DNA of 64,000 nucleotides from an uncultured Gammaproteobacteria bacterium (GTDB taxonomy: Bacteria; Patescibacteriota; Microgenomatia; UBA8517): assembly GCA_964489145.1 (NCBI GenBank), contig CAZAXL010000005.1:7255-71254 (forward strand), in the 5' to 3' direction. The notes beneath the pieces are model-generated. The model saw only the letters and a program-made list of their open reading frames with translations. It did not search any database and had not been told where the DNA came from. Positions 46,669-56,509 of the stretch are shown here, piece by piece. The position numbers and the translations under genes were made by a program. Every line of letters starts with the position of its first letter. The stretch's first letter is position 1.

Positions 46669-47286
46669 ATGGAGCAAAATAATCAGCCAAGCTTTAACGT
46701 TGTAACAACTAACAAGCCAAGTAAAAACACCAAACAGGGTTTGATAATAGGTGCTTTAGTTGTTGTCTTTTTGGCTATAGCTGTTGTCGCTGGAGTCATT
46801 CTTGTCAGACAGCAGCAAGATATTAGGGAAAAGGCAGAAGCAGTTCTTGTTTGCCCTGCAGCCGAAGCTTGTCCTGTCGCAGGGGATCCAACTTTATTAA
46901 AAAGCTGCTATTCAGCGGATGCGGGGGATCCTCCGCGGGATATAAGCTGTTCAACGATTGCCAACGTCGGTGCCACAACTTTTTGCGGTTCAACAAATTT
47001 TTGCTGTCCGTCGCTGGGTGCTTCTTGGACCACAGATTTAACGATGTGTTCAACACCAAGCCCGACGCCGACACTAACTCCGACACCATCCGCAACCGCA
47101 ACCGCGACTGCCAGTGCAACGCCTACAGAAACTGCAACCTCTTCTGCAACCTCTTCTGCAACACCCCAAGCTACAGGCTCGGCAACACCGGCCCCGATTC
47201 CTGTAACAGGAATGAGTTGGCCAACAATAGTTGGAACAGCAGTGGGAATATTGGTAATAATTGGGTCAATTCTTCTGGTGCTCTAG
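46669..47286 (+). CDS. Membrane/surface protein: N-terminal TM, Cys-rich domain, T/P/A linker, IPVTG + C-terminal TM
   Basis: Eight cysteines in ~65 aa, TPSPTPT linker, PIPVTG followed by a hydrophobic helix. Confidence 0.8.
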   Translation: MEQNNQPSFNVVTTNKPSKNTKQGLIIGALVVVFLAIAVVAGVILVRQQQDIREKAEAVLVCPAAEACPVAGDPTLLKSCYSADAGDPPRDISCSTIANVGATTFCGSTNFCCPSLGASWTTDLTMCSTPSPTPTLTPTPSATATATASATPTETATSSATSSATPQATGSATPAPIPVTGMSWPTIVGTAVGILVIIGSILLVL

Positions 47287-47729
47287 TGGAGTTTGATTTT
47301 TTTAATTGAAAATTTATCCCCCTTCGCGAATACCCCGGGCGTTAGCTCGTGGGTAAGCGAAGTGTTTTCGCTTCGGAGGGATTCCACTCCAGACGAAGCT
47401 GGGGAGAAGATACCCCGACCGTAAGGCTGGGGAGCTTCATTGACAACTATCCCTACATGGTCAATTAAAGGAAAATGACTTTTTATTTCGGTTTGAAATT
47501 TCTCAGCAAGATTTGAAGTATAGGAACCGAATCCGGCGTTTTCAGATTGTTTGCAAAGCCTGTCTTCCCATTCATGGATAATATTAAGGATTTCGGCGCC
47601 GATTTTATTAAATTCCTCCTGATTTTTCTCTTGGTCAATTGAATATTCGAAATGCGCTTTGGTGAATTTATTAAAGGCATCTTTATTTTCTGAAACCATC
47701 TTGTCGAAATACACCTTGTATTTGGTCAT
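47283..47729 (-). CDS. Hypothetical protein carrying an in-frame repeat insertion
   Basis: ORF stays open across the element at 47313-47439. Confidence 0.75.
   Translation of the reverse strand: MTKYKVYFDKMVSENKDAFNKFTKAHFEYSIDQEKNQEEFNKIGAEILNIIHEWEDRLCKQSENAGFGSYTSNLAEKFQTEIKSHFPLIDHVGIVVNEAPQPYGRGIFSPASSGVESLRSENTSLTHELTPGVFAKGDKFSIKKIKLH
47313..47439. mobile_element. ~127-bp palindromic MITE/REP-like element, copy 1 (intragenic, in frame)
   Basis: Near-identical to 62285-62414; GC-rich hairpins with a GGTAT foot. Confidence 0.88.
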
Positions 47730-47820
47730 ATGGGAAATTTTGTCTGAAAACGGAGAGAAAATCAACCACAAAAACATTTTCAGCTGGTTTTAAGACTGTG
47801 GGGTATAATATAGTCTCATT

Positions 47821-48471
47821 ATGAGAATTTTAGTAATTGAAGATGAGCATAAAATCGCAAACTCCATAAAACGCGGTTTTGAACAGGAAACGTGGGCTAC
47901 CGATGTTGCCTATGATGGTGAGGAAGGCTACGACCTGGCCTCAACAGAGGATTATGACGTTATAGTGCTGGACTTGATGCTTCCAAAAATGCCTGGCATC
48001 GAGATATGTAAAAAATTGAGAAAAGCGGGCAACCACACCCCAATACTCATGCTTACGGCAAGGGGTGCGGTTGGGGACAGAGTCGAAGGTCTGAACAGCG
48101 GAGCTGACGACTATCTTGTTAAGCCATTTGCATTTGAAGAGCTTTTGGCAAGAGTTAGGGCACTTGTCAGGCGTCCAAAAGAAACTCAAAGCTCAGAATT
48201 AAGAGTTAACGATTTGGTTTTGAACACGAATACTTTTGAAGTAAAAAAGAATGGTAAAAATATTGAACTTTCCAGAAAAGAATTTGCAATTTTAGAGTAT
48301 TTAATGAGAAATTCCGGGAAGGTGGTTTCTAAAGAAAATATAATTGCCCATGTATGGAATTACGAAGCGGATATTCTACCAAACACGGTAGAGGTTTTTG
48401 TTGGCTATCTTCGCGACAAGCTCGGTAACGATTTAATTCATACCGTAAGAGGTTTCGGATATAAGGTTTAG
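47821..48471 (+). CDS. OmpR/PhoB-family response regulator
   Basis: ILVIEDE, LDLMLP, LMLTA, GADDYLVKPF, TVRGFGY. Confidence 0.96.
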   Translation: MRILVIEDEHKIANSIKRGFEQETWATDVAYDGEEGYDLASTEDYDVIVLDLMLPKMPGIEICKKLRKAGNHTPILMLTARGAVGDRVEGLNSGADDYLVKPFAFEELLARVRALVRRPKETQSSELRVNDLVLNTNTFEVKKNGKNIELSRKEFAILEYLMRNSGKVVSKENIIAHVWNYEADILPNTVEVFVGYLRDKLGNDLIHTVRGFGYKV

Positions 48472-48484
48472 TAATTCTTAATAT

Positions 48485-49516
48485 ATGTTTAAAGAGGCCC
48501 GTATAAAATTAACCGCTTGGTACTCGGTCATTATTATGATTGTAAGTCTTTCTTTTTCCGGGATTATTTATGTTGGTATAAATATGGAACTTGTCCGGAT
48601 AGATAATGTTCAGAAGGAAAGAGAGGCTAGACTTGATGATTTAAGAAAATTTCTAATTCAAAACAGCCTTCCGTTTCCGCAGGAAACACAGTCTTTCGAG
48701 ATAGAAACAGTAGAACACGCGAGACTTAGGGTCGTTTATGCACTTGGTCTTATTAATGTCTCAATTTTGGTTATTTCAGGGATTGGTGGGTATTTTTTGG
48801 CGGGTTTGACACTGGACCCTATTTCCAAAATGGTTAAGGAACAAAAGGAATTTGTCAGTAATGCCAGTCATGAACTTCGTACACCACTAACTTCGCTTAA
48901 AACTGAGATTGAAGTGGCCTTGCGTGATAAGAAGCTAAGCCTGATGCGGGCTAAAAATATTTTAAAGAGCAATCTGGATGATATAAACAGTATGCAAAAA
49001 CTTTCCAATTATCTTCTGAAACTGCACAGATTTGAGAATTCCGAAGTTGATATGAAAATGGAAAAAATTGATCTTGGAAAAGTAACCTTAAAAGTAATTA
49101 AAAGCAAAGGTTCTTATGCCAAGCAAAACAAAATTAAGATTGTCAAAAATATCACTAAGGTTTATGTGAATGGCAACGAGGAATATATAACCGAGCTTGC
49201 AAGTATTCTTATCGAAAATGCCATAAAGTATTCGGGAAAAGCTAAAAAAATAGAAGTTTCAACCAAAAAAGGCGGATTTTTGGTTGTCCGCGATTTCGGA
49301 ATAGGGATCGCAAAAAATGACCTTCCTCATGTTTTCGACAGATTTTACAGGGCAGACTCTTCAAGATCAAAAGAAAACGCCGAAGGCTTCGGTCTTGGTC
49401 TTTCTATTGCCAAGTCGATTACTGAAAAGTTGGGAGCAAAAATCAGAGTTCAGAGTAAGATGGAAAACGGAAGTACTTTTAGCGTGCAGTTTGCGTCAAA
49501 TTTCGGTACCGTTTGA
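48485..49516 (+). CDS. Sensor histidine kinase
   Basis: Two TMs, ASHELRTPL, ENAIKY, DFGIGI, FDRFYRAD, GFGLGLSI. Confidence 0.96.
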   Translation: MFKEARIKLTAWYSVIIMIVSLSFSGIIYVGINMELVRIDNVQKEREARLDDLRKFLIQNSLPFPQETQSFEIETVEHARLRVVYALGLINVSILVISGIGGYFLAGLTLDPISKMVKEQKEFVSNASHELRTPLTSLKTEIEVALRDKKLSLMRAKNILKSNLDDINSMQKLSNYLLKLHRFENSEVDMKMEKIDLGKVTLKVIKSKGSYAKQNKIKIVKNITKVYVNGNEEYITELASILIENAIKYSGKAKKIEVSTKKGGFLVVRDFGIGIAKNDLPHVFDRFYRADSSRSKENAEGFGLGLSIAKSITEKLGAKIRVQSKMENGSTFSVQFASNFGTV

Positions 49517-49855
49517 TAAAGAAATATTAATTCTGCGGATCACCTCATGGCCAAACTCATTAATTAAATTTTCTCTGATTTCAAAAAGTACCGGTTCGGT
49601 AGGGACCAGGTCTTCCTCATCCGTTTTGGGGTGGGTGATGTCTATTTTGATGCTCTTTATAATATCGTCAGGTACGTTACCAATAACAAGGGGGAACATC
49701 AGCAGCTTTCTAAATATTTGCAATTCTTCTTGTTGTCGGGCAAAATCTTCTATCTCCCTGATTCTGTCAAAATTTTCAACGAGTAAATGGCTTATTATAG
49801 GGGAGCAACCCCAATCGTGTTTTTGATTAAGATTTTGTCTACGTTCTTGGCTCAT
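49496..49855 (-). CDS. Hypothetical protein
   Basis: 119-aa ORF with TAGAAT 6 nt upstream of ATG. Confidence 0.55.
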   Translation of the reverse strand: MSQERRQNLNQKHDWGCSPIISHLLVENFDRIREIEDFARQQEELQIFRKLLMFPLVIGNVPDDIIKSIKIDITHPKTDEEDLVPTEPVLFEIRENLINEFGHEVIRRINISLSNGTEI

Positions 49856-49935
49856 GCTGCCATTCTACCACATGGCTGCAAGAAATAATTAAAAATGCTT
49901 GCGGTTTTACTGAACACTGTTATAGAATTACTTAG

Positions 49936-50367
49936 ATGAAAGAGAAGTTTTTTAATTGGATTAAGGTTCTGGCGGCAGTAGGAATTATTCTTGCGCTTTT
50001 TCTTCTTTGGGAGCAAATTTTCCGCCCCAGTTTTCAGCCCTGCAACATAAACGCTATGGTTAACTGTGACGCCGTTATAAGTGGGGAAGTGTCAAAAACT
50101 TTGGGAATTCCGACACCCCTCATCGGTCTTGTTGGCTACATAATAATTCTTTTCGCGGCATTCAAGAAAAACGCCAAATTGGTTTTAGGAATGGCTGCCT
50201 TTGGCCTGGCATTCTGTCTTTATATTGCCTACCGTGAGCTATTCCAACTTCATGTAATTTGTCCTGTCTGTGTTCTCTGTCAACTGGACATGATAACAGT
50301 ATTTATCTTAGGAATTATCCTTAACCGTAAAGCTTCAAAGCCAACCCCAACAGATCCTATAGCTTGA
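49936..50367 (+). CDS. Vitamin K epoxide reductase (VKOR)-family protein
   Basis: CNINAMVNCDAVIS, LGIP, ICPVC (CxxC), four TMs. Confidence 0.9.
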   Translation: MKEKFFNWIKVLAAVGIILALFLLWEQIFRPSFQPCNINAMVNCDAVISGEVSKTLGIPTPLIGLVGYIIILFAAFKKNAKLVLGMAAFGLAFCLYIAYRELFQLHVICPVCVLCQLDMITVFILGIILNRKASKPTPTDPIA

Positions 50368-50483
50368 CAATTTAGACTTATAGTGTTAGAATTTTGCCCA
50401 TCTAGGCGTGCGCCTGGAATGTGGTTGGTTAGCACATTAAGCTTTAAATTTCAAAAACTTTTTGGTCCTAAAGGAGGACAAAA

Positions 50484-50849
50484 ATGGAAAGCAGAAAGTT
50501 AAGTCCGGCAGTAAGGATAGTACTGATTGTAGTTGGTTTATTGATAATTGGCTTAATTGCCTTATCAGCATCTGGTATCCCTGTTTTTGCAGCTGGGGAA
50601 TGCAAAGCCCCCGAGGGGTATTTGTTGATCGAAAACAGAATGGCCGCTGACTTGGCTGGAAACCCTGTATATATTGTACGAGGGATAGGAGCCACCGGCG
50701 AAGGCGTCTCTGTGAATCGGAAGTTCTACATTCCTCAATGTGGATCAAGTGATCCGTCAATAGAGGAAGTCGGAAACGTTTTTGTCTGGTTAGACGGTAG
50801 ACAGGTTTTACTACTGTCTGGATCGGTCGGAAGAGACACCTCTCAATAG
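50484..50849 (+). CDS. Hypothetical secreted or membrane-anchored protein
   Basis: AAGGAGG SD; signal-peptide-like N-terminus. Confidence 0.65.
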   Translation: MESRKLSPAVRIVLIVVGLLIIGLIALSASGIPVFAAGECKAPEGYLLIENRMAADLAGNPVYIVRGIGATGEGVSVNRKFYIPQCGSSDPSIEEVGNVFVWLDGRQVLLLSGSVGRDTSQ

Positions 50850-50988
50850 TTTTTGAAATATGTTTTTCAAATACCGGAGCTCTAAGCTTCATCTTTGTTT
50901 TTTAAAAGATGATGTTTATCTCCGGTTTTTTGTGGAAAAATTGCATACGGAGAAAAATCTGGTATAGTACGGGCGTAAGGAGAAATCC

Positions 50989-51753
50989 ATGAGTTCTGAA
51001 CAACAAAGAGGCACCGACAATCAAGACATTGCTCACACACTGGCTCTTTTTCTGTCCGGAAAAATTAAAAGGGAAGATATGGGTGAGAATAACCAGATGG
51101 TACTGGATTTTTATCTTGGGGTAATGTCGGATGATCCCAGGTTTGCCGAGCGAGTCAATCTCATAAAAAATCAAATGATTGAGAAGGACAAAAAAATTCC
51201 ACTTTACACACCCGGAGAACTCGGAAGGGCAAAAGACCACAAGAAACGTAAAAAATCATCGGGAGAAAAAGCTTTCCAACCCGCTTTTTGGGAAGAAACC
51301 AGCCTTAAAAATATATCAGAATCGGAGCTTGAAGGTTTCTACGACCCGGAAAAATATTTAATGAAATTACACAAGTCTTCCTCTCGAGGTTTTAATCAGG
51401 GCTACGAAAGATTGTTAAGAAAAGACGTCCAGGACAGAAAAAACCAATTAAGAAATTCGATTGATTTACCCGTAGCCAGAGGCAAGAATTCCCATGTAAA
51501 CGATGATTTTTACAAATTTTTGGTTAGGAGAGTTTGTACTTTTGACACATTTGAAATCTTTAACGAATATGATCGCGCAATTGATAGAATTTCACCGGAA
51601 TTGAATCTAAAAATAGAACAAGTAAAAGATTTGGTTGATGAGCTTTTGAACCAGGGGCTAAACCGGCGCGAGAGATTTGAAAGATTTGATCAGTTTACCA
51701 AGGAATATAAAAAAGAATGGAATATGGAAGTCGACTTAAATTTTCGGGGTTGA
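50989..51753 (+). CDS. Hypothetical protein
   Basis: 254-aa ORF with AAGGAG SD. Confidence 0.7.
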   Translation: MSSEQQRGTDNQDIAHTLALFLSGKIKREDMGENNQMVLDFYLGVMSDDPRFAERVNLIKNQMIEKDKKIPLYTPGELGRAKDHKKRKKSSGEKAFQPAFWEETSLKNISESELEGFYDPEKYLMKLHKSSSRGFNQGYERLLRKDVQDRKNQLRNSIDLPVARGKNSHVNDDFYKFLVRRVCTFDTFEIFNEYDRAIDRISPELNLKIEQVKDLVDELLNQGLNRRERFERFDQFTKEYKKEWNMEVDLNFRG

Positions 51754-51758
51754 TATCT

Positions 51759-52745
51759 TCATGGGTTTTTGGGTTTATAATACACACCACGGGTAGAACC
51801 CATTTTTTGGATAAAACCTTCTTTTGCCAGTCTCATTAAATCGTAGCGCAGAGTTCTTTCGTTAACATTTTTAAATCTCCTTCTGATGCTGTCGAAGTTG
51901 GTCATTTTTTGGTCATTTATAAGCTGTAATATTTCACCCCTTCTGGGTAAAAGCGCGTCGTAGCTTTCAACTTTTTGTTTTTTGAGCACCAAATCTTTTG
52001 CCTCTGTGGCCGCCTCGGCAATCAATTCGAGCATAAATTCCAGGTAATTTGTAGTATCGCGCTCCGGCTCTTCAAGCATTTTGTAATAAGTCTCGCGTTT
52101 TTTATCGACCTTTTCCTCAAATGGTAAAATTCCTTTAAGTCCATAATCATTTTTTGTCAGCACCATCAAGATAAAAAGTCTTCCGACTCTGCCACTGCCA
52201 TCCGTAAATGGATGTATTTTTTCAAAAACAAAGTGAGAAAGAAGTGCCTTAACGGGAATAAGGGTTTCTTTATTGCTGTTGGCATATTTCAAAAGTCTTT
52301 CAATCAGCTTGGGTATTAAACTAGGAGGGGGAGCATGATAGACAACAGTCCCTGCAGTTGTGAATATACCTTCATGCTTCTTTCTGAATTTTCCCAATTC
52401 TTCATATTCAATCCCTTTCATAACGATTGAGTGCAAAGTCAAAATGTCTTTTACGGAAATATCTTTTTTGTTCCTTTCCTGAATCCAATTTATTGCTTTT
52501 AAGATATTTTCTATTTCAACTCTCTTTTTGTCTTTTGAGGAAAGCCTTGAATAATCATCCAGGAGTGTGGGATTACCCTCAATTCTTGCCGAAAAAACGG
52601 AACTTTTCAAAGTTGACTTGCGCCTGATGTTTAATTCAACTTCGGGGGGAATTGATATATTTTCAACAATCTCTTTGGCAGCCTCTATTTTAGATAGAAG
52701 TTTAGAGGTATTAGTATTGAGAAAATATTTTGGAGGAATCAACAT
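51759..52745 (-). CDS. Fic-domain protein with N-terminal inhibitory motif and C-terminal wHTH
   Basis: HPFTDGSGRVGR Fic motif; SARIEGN inhibitory motif; ERTLRYDL..L...G..GSTRG.YY. Confidence 0.92.
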   Translation of the reverse strand: MLIPPKYFLNTNTSKLLSKIEAAKEIVENISIPPEVELNIRRKSTLKSSVFSARIEGNPTLLDDYSRLSSKDKKRVEIENILKAINWIQERNKKDISVKDILTLHSIVMKGIEYEELGKFRKKHEGIFTTAGTVVYHAPPPSLIPKLIERLLKYANSNKETLIPVKALLSHFVFEKIHPFTDGSGRVGRLFILMVLTKNDYGLKGILPFEEKVDKKRETYYKMLEEPERDTTNYLEFMLELIAEAATEAKDLVLKKQKVESYDALLPRRGEILQLINDQKMTNFDSIRRRFKNVNERTLRYDLMRLAKEGFIQKMGSTRGVYYKPKNP

Positions 52746-52919
52746 TGCCTAATACTACCAGATATTTCCAGATGTTGCCATATATTGCCAAAAACGAAAG
52801 AGGGGTTTATTAAATAACAAATCAAGCCCCATAACGCACAGTATCTTTTTTGTGCGCTTTGTTTAACAACTCCGAAATGACCATCGACAAGTACTTCAAC
52901 TAGTTGTAACATATGAAGT

Positions 52920-53114
52920 ATGATAACTCACAATAAAAACTTCACTTTAGCAAGTAAAAACATCAAACAAAGAGTAACGCTTTTCGTTAATCCTTCAATT
53001 TTGAAGCATGCTAAAGCCCAGGCTGTTGTTGAAGACTTAAGTTTAACTGTGCTTGTAGAAAAAGCATTAATGAAATATTTACCTAGGGTAACAGTGATTA
53101 AGGGGGGTGAGTAA
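52920..53114 (+). CDS. Ribbon-helix-helix (CopG/Arc-like) protein
   Basis: KQRVTLFV...KHAKAQA....SLTVLVEKAL..YL. Confidence 0.65.
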   Translation: MITHNKNFTLASKNIKQRVTLFVNPSILKHAKAQAVVEDLSLTVLVEKALMKYLPRVTVIKGGE

Positions 53115-53115
53115 T

Positions 53116-53502
53116 ATGACAGAAATTGTAAGAGAGACAGTAAGAACAGAGAATGAAGTTGCATCAACCCCGGTTAATGCAGAAGTAAGCGGTACTCAAA
53201 CTGCAGCACGTTTAATCTATTTTCTGTTTGGAATACTTGAAGTACTTTTGGCCTTCCGTTTAATTTTTAAGCTTGCAGGTGCAAGTCACGGAAGCGCTTT
53301 TGTAAATTTAATTTATAGTCTAACCGGAATTTTTATCTTGCCTTTTACCGGAATATTCCGTCAGGCGGTAGCAACCGGAGTAGAAACAACAGCAATTCTT
53401 GAGCCGGCAACGGTAGTTGCCATTATCGTCTACGCTGTTTTGGCGTGGGGAATCGTGGCTTTAGTGAGAATAATTTCCGGTGAAAGGAAAGAAGCTGATT
53501 AG
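53116..53502 (+). CDS. YggT-like membrane protein
   Basis: LLAFRLIFKLAGA...FV..IY.LT..F..PF.GIF; three TMs. Confidence 0.7.
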   Translation: MTEIVRETVRTENEVASTPVNAEVSGTQTAARLIYFLFGILEVLLAFRLIFKLAGASHGSAFVNLIYSLTGIFILPFTGIFRQAVATGVETTAILEPATVVAIIVYAVLAWGIVALVRIISGERKEAD

Positions 53503-53528
53503 TTTGATTTAATAAGGAGGTGATATAT

Positions 53529-53666
53529 ATGGGGATATTAGACATTATCATTATTATATTAATTATTGGTTGGTTGGGAGGATTTTCTTTCCGTGTCGGC
53601 GGAAGCCTGATTCATTTACTACTTGTCATTGCAGTTATTGTTCTTGTTGTCCGTCTTTTAAGTTAA
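53529..53666 (+). CDS. Small membrane protein (lmo0937/DUF5670-like), not in the ORF track
   Basis: MGILDIIIIILIIGWLGGFSFRVGGSLIHLLLVIAVIVLVVRLLS*, with SD AAGGAGGTGA. Confidence 0.85.
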   Translation: MGILDIIIIILIIGWLGGFSFRVGGSLIHLLLVIAVIVLVVRLLS

Positions 53667-53742
53667 TTTAAAGTAAAAGAACTTGTGAACAAACTACAGG
53701 AGTTAAGTACGACGGAGATAGTAACTTAGAGTATAATAAAGT

Positions 53743-54087
53743 ATGTTGATTTTAATTTTATTTTTGGTTATTGGTTCATTTGTTGTATATGTATCAAGAT
53801 TTAATTTTACCCCGGTTACGGTTAATCTGGGATTTTATACATTCCCGGATATTCCTCTCTTTTATGTAATTATCGGCGCACTTCTTACAGGTTTGGTGAT
53901 TTCATATTTGGTTTATCTGGTTCGTTCTATTTCTACATCCTTTGCGTTACGTGGTAAAAATAAGGAAATTAAAAAAGAGAAAGATGTTGTACTTGAGTTA
54001 ACCAAACGTGTTCACCAGTTGGAGTTGGAAAACGAAAAATTGAAGCACGGTTCCAGCGGCGAAGCCGAAGACACAAACTCTTTGTGA
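53743..54087 (+). CDS. LapA/DUF1049-family membrane protein
   Basis: TM - N..PVTVNLG - TM - coiled coil. Confidence 0.7.
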   Translation: MLILILFLVIGSFVVYVSRFNFTPVTVNLGFYTFPDIPLFYVIIGALLTGLVISYLVYLVRSISTSFALRGKNKEIKKEKDVVLELTKRVHQLELENEKLKHGSSGEAEDTNSL

Positions 54088-54548
54088 AAAACCTCTTAGC
54101 TAAAATCTACAAAGCAATGCATCTCCCTAAAGGTATGCAACTATTTGTCATGCGCTTTTTTCAGGACCAATTTTTAATCGGTGTTACCGGTATAATTTTT
54201 AATGAAAAACAGGAAATTCTTCTTTTTAAGCATACCTATCGTTCACACGCATGGGCTTTGCCCGGCGGCTATTTAAAATCCGGCGAACACCCGCGCGAAG
54301 CACTGGAGCGGGAAATCAAAGAAGAGTCGGGTTTTACTGTAAGCGTTGATGAGCCTCTGAAAACCCGAACCGACCGCGACAATGCCCGACTGGATATGTG
54401 TTACACGGGAATCTTAATCGGTGGCGATTTTACTCCAACTCACGAAGTCTCCGAATATGGTTTTTTTAATCAAGACAATCTTCCTCTTCTCAGGAAAAAT
54501 CAGGTTTTTTTAATTGATGAAGTTTTAAGGCAGCGACGCTCACCATAA
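54084..54548 (+). CDS. NUDIX hydrolase
   Basis: WALPGGYLKSGEHPREALEREIKEESG. Confidence 0.9.
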   Translation: MKNLLAKIYKAMHLPKGMQLFVMRFFQDQFLIGVTGIIFNEKQEILLFKHTYRSHAWALPGGYLKSGEHPREALEREIKEESGFTVSVDEPLKTRTDRDNARLDMCYTGILIGGDFTPTHEVSEYGFFNQDNLPLLRKNQVFLIDEVLRQRRSP

Positions 54549-54650
54549 GATTGAAAATAGACGATTCGAACTCACTATATATTTTTAGACTCGGGTGTTG
54601 AGCGAAGCTTGCCACTCAGCTTTATCCGAACTTCATGATAAAATTCAAAC

Positions 54651-55646
54651 ATGAGTTTATCTGTAGGAATTGTTGGTTTACCAAACGTAGGGAAAAGCAC
54701 ACTTTTTAATGCTCTTCTCAAAAAGCAGCAGGCTTACGTTGCGAACTTCCCATTCGCAACGATTGAGCCGAATATTGGGATAGTTCCTGTTCCTGACGAA
54801 CGGCTTTCAGAGCTAGCTGAAATAACAAAAAAATCCGAAAGTATGGCCAATCTTCCTCCTGAAGTTCCAGCCACGGTTGAATTCGTAGATATCGCAGGGC
54901 TAATCGCAGGCGCAAGTAAAGGCGAGGGATTGGGAAATAAGTTCCTAAGCCATATCAGGGAAACCAGCGCGATTTGCTACGTTTTAAGAGCCTTTACCGA
55001 CCCCGATATCATCAAGCAGGGGGTAAAAAACCCAAAAACCGACTTGGAAGTTTTAAAATTGGAACTTGATTTGGCAGATGCGGAAACAATAGAAAATCAC
55101 AAAAAAAGGAAAGAACAGGACCCCGAAAACCTCCCGCTATTTTCAAAGAAACCCTTTTTGATTGTGCTGAATGTAGATGAAGCCGATTTGAAGAATTCCG
55201 GCAGTTTGGAAGATAAATATGCAGAGGAGCTGGGGGTAGATAAAAATCAGGTTGTGATAATTTCTGCCAGAACCGAGGCGGAACTTTCGGAACTCTCACC
55301 CGAAGACCAAAAAGCATATTTGGCCGATTTGGGGGTTGAGAAATCAGGCCTTGAGCGTTTAATCCAAAAAGCATTTGCTACGCTTGGTTTAATAACATTT
55401 TTAACAGCGGGAGAAAAAGAAGTTAGAGCTTGGACCATTCCGGCAGGGATCAGCGCCCAAGAAGCGGCCGGAGTAATTCATACGGATTTCATTAAGAAGT
55501 TTATTAAGGCTGACGTTGTTGCTTTTACCGATTTTGTAACACTTGGCGGTTGGAAGGCGGCTCGCGACGCCGGAAAAGTAAGGAGCGAGGGGCGGGATTA
55601 TACAATGAAAGACGGGGAAGTTGTGGAATTTAAGATTGGGGCATAA
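54651..55646 (+). CDS. ychF: Ribosome-binding ATPase YchF, shortened helical domain
   Basis: GIVGLPNVGKSTLFN, FATIEPN, DIAGL..GASKGEGLGNKFL, TGS domain. Confidence 0.96.
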   Translation: MSLSVGIVGLPNVGKSTLFNALLKKQQAYVANFPFATIEPNIGIVPVPDERLSELAEITKKSESMANLPPEVPATVEFVDIAGLIAGASKGEGLGNKFLSHIRETSAICYVLRAFTDPDIIKQGVKNPKTDLEVLKLELDLADAETIENHKKRKEQDPENLPLFSKKPFLIVLNVDEADLKNSGSLEDKYAEELGVDKNQVVIISARTEAELSELSPEDQKAYLADLGVEKSGLERLIQKAFATLGLITFLTAGEKEVRAWTIPAGISAQEAAGVIHTDFIKKFIKADVVAFTDFVTLGGWKAARDAGKVRSEGRDYTMKDGEVVEFKIGA

Positions 55647-55680
55647 CTAATTTCTAATTGCTAATTTCTAATTTCTAATC
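55646..55680. repeat. Heptamer tandem repeat (CTAATTT)
   Basis: ctaattt ctaattg ctaattt ctaattt ctaat. Confidence 0.85.
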
Positions 55681-55692
55681 TATAATCTGAGC

Positions 55693-55980
55693 ATGAATAA
55701 ATACGAATTAACCTTAGTTTTGGACGGCAAGGCGGGAGCTGTCAAAAAAAAGAAAGTAATCGAAACTTTAGAAAAAGTTTTGGCTATTTTTAAGGGATCA
55801 ATCAAAGAGTCTAAAGATTGGGGAGTAAAAGAACTTGCCTACAAAATCGGAAAAAGTGAGACCGGGCTTTACCTATTCTTCGAAATTGAACTTGATCCCA
55901 AAGGAGCTAAGTCATTAAATGATAAACTAAGAGTAGATCCTGATTTAATTAGGTTTTTACTAATAAATAAAAATAAATAA
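55693..55980 (+). CDS. rpsF: 30S ribosomal protein S6
   Basis: KYEL, WGVKELAYKI, LIRFL; rpsF-ssb-rpsR order. Confidence 0.93.
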   Translation: MNKYELTLVLDGKAGAVKKKKVIETLEKVLAIFKGSIKESKDWGVKELAYKIGKSETGLYLFFEIELDPKGAKSLNDKLRVDPDLIRFLLINKNK

Positions 55981-56490
55981 ATGGCACGAAGTTTAAACAA
56001 GGTAATGCTAATCGGAAATCTCACGAGAGATCCTGAAATGCGTTATACCCCCCAGGGAACCGCGGTTTGTACTTTCGGGGTTGCTACAAACAGAAACTGG
56101 ACAACGGAAAGCGGAGAAAAGAAAGAAGACGTAGAGTTTCATAATGTTGTGGCCTGGAATAAATTGGCCGAGATTTGTACACAGCTTTTAAAGAAAGGCA
56201 GAAAAGTCTACGTTGAAGGCAGGCTCTCAACACGTTCTTGGCAAGGTACTGACGGAACCCAAAAACAAAGAACAGAAGTGGTGATAAGCGACATGGTTAT
56301 TTTGGATAAAAAGGAAGATTCGGGAGACTCTGGAATTGATATTCCTGAACCTGAAGTGGAGCCTCAAGTTTCACCCGAGGAAGTCTCTGCCAAAAAACCC
56401 GCAAAAAAGTCCGGTAAATCTGAAACCGCCTCCACCGAGGTAAAAGAAGAAAAAACAGAAGAACCTGGTGATGAAGATATCCCATTTTAA
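55981..56490 (+). CDS. ssb: Single-stranded DNA-binding protein
   Basis: LNKVMLIGNLTRDPE, VYVEGRL.TRSW, DEDIPF tail. Confidence 0.98.
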   Translation: MARSLNKVMLIGNLTRDPEMRYTPQGTAVCTFGVATNRNWTTESGEKKEDVEFHNVVAWNKLAEICTQLLKKGRKVYVEGRLSTRSWQGTDGTQKQRTEVVISDMVILDKKEDSGDSGIDIPEPEVEPQVSPEEVSAKKPAKKSGKSETASTEVKEEKTEEPGDEDIPF

Positions 56491-56509
56491 TTTAGAATTT
56501 ATTGAAAGT

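Noticed and set aside
51759-53114. Fic + RHH as a toxin-antitoxin pair
   Set aside because: The genes are divergent, and the Fic protein carries its own inhibitory SxxxEG motif.
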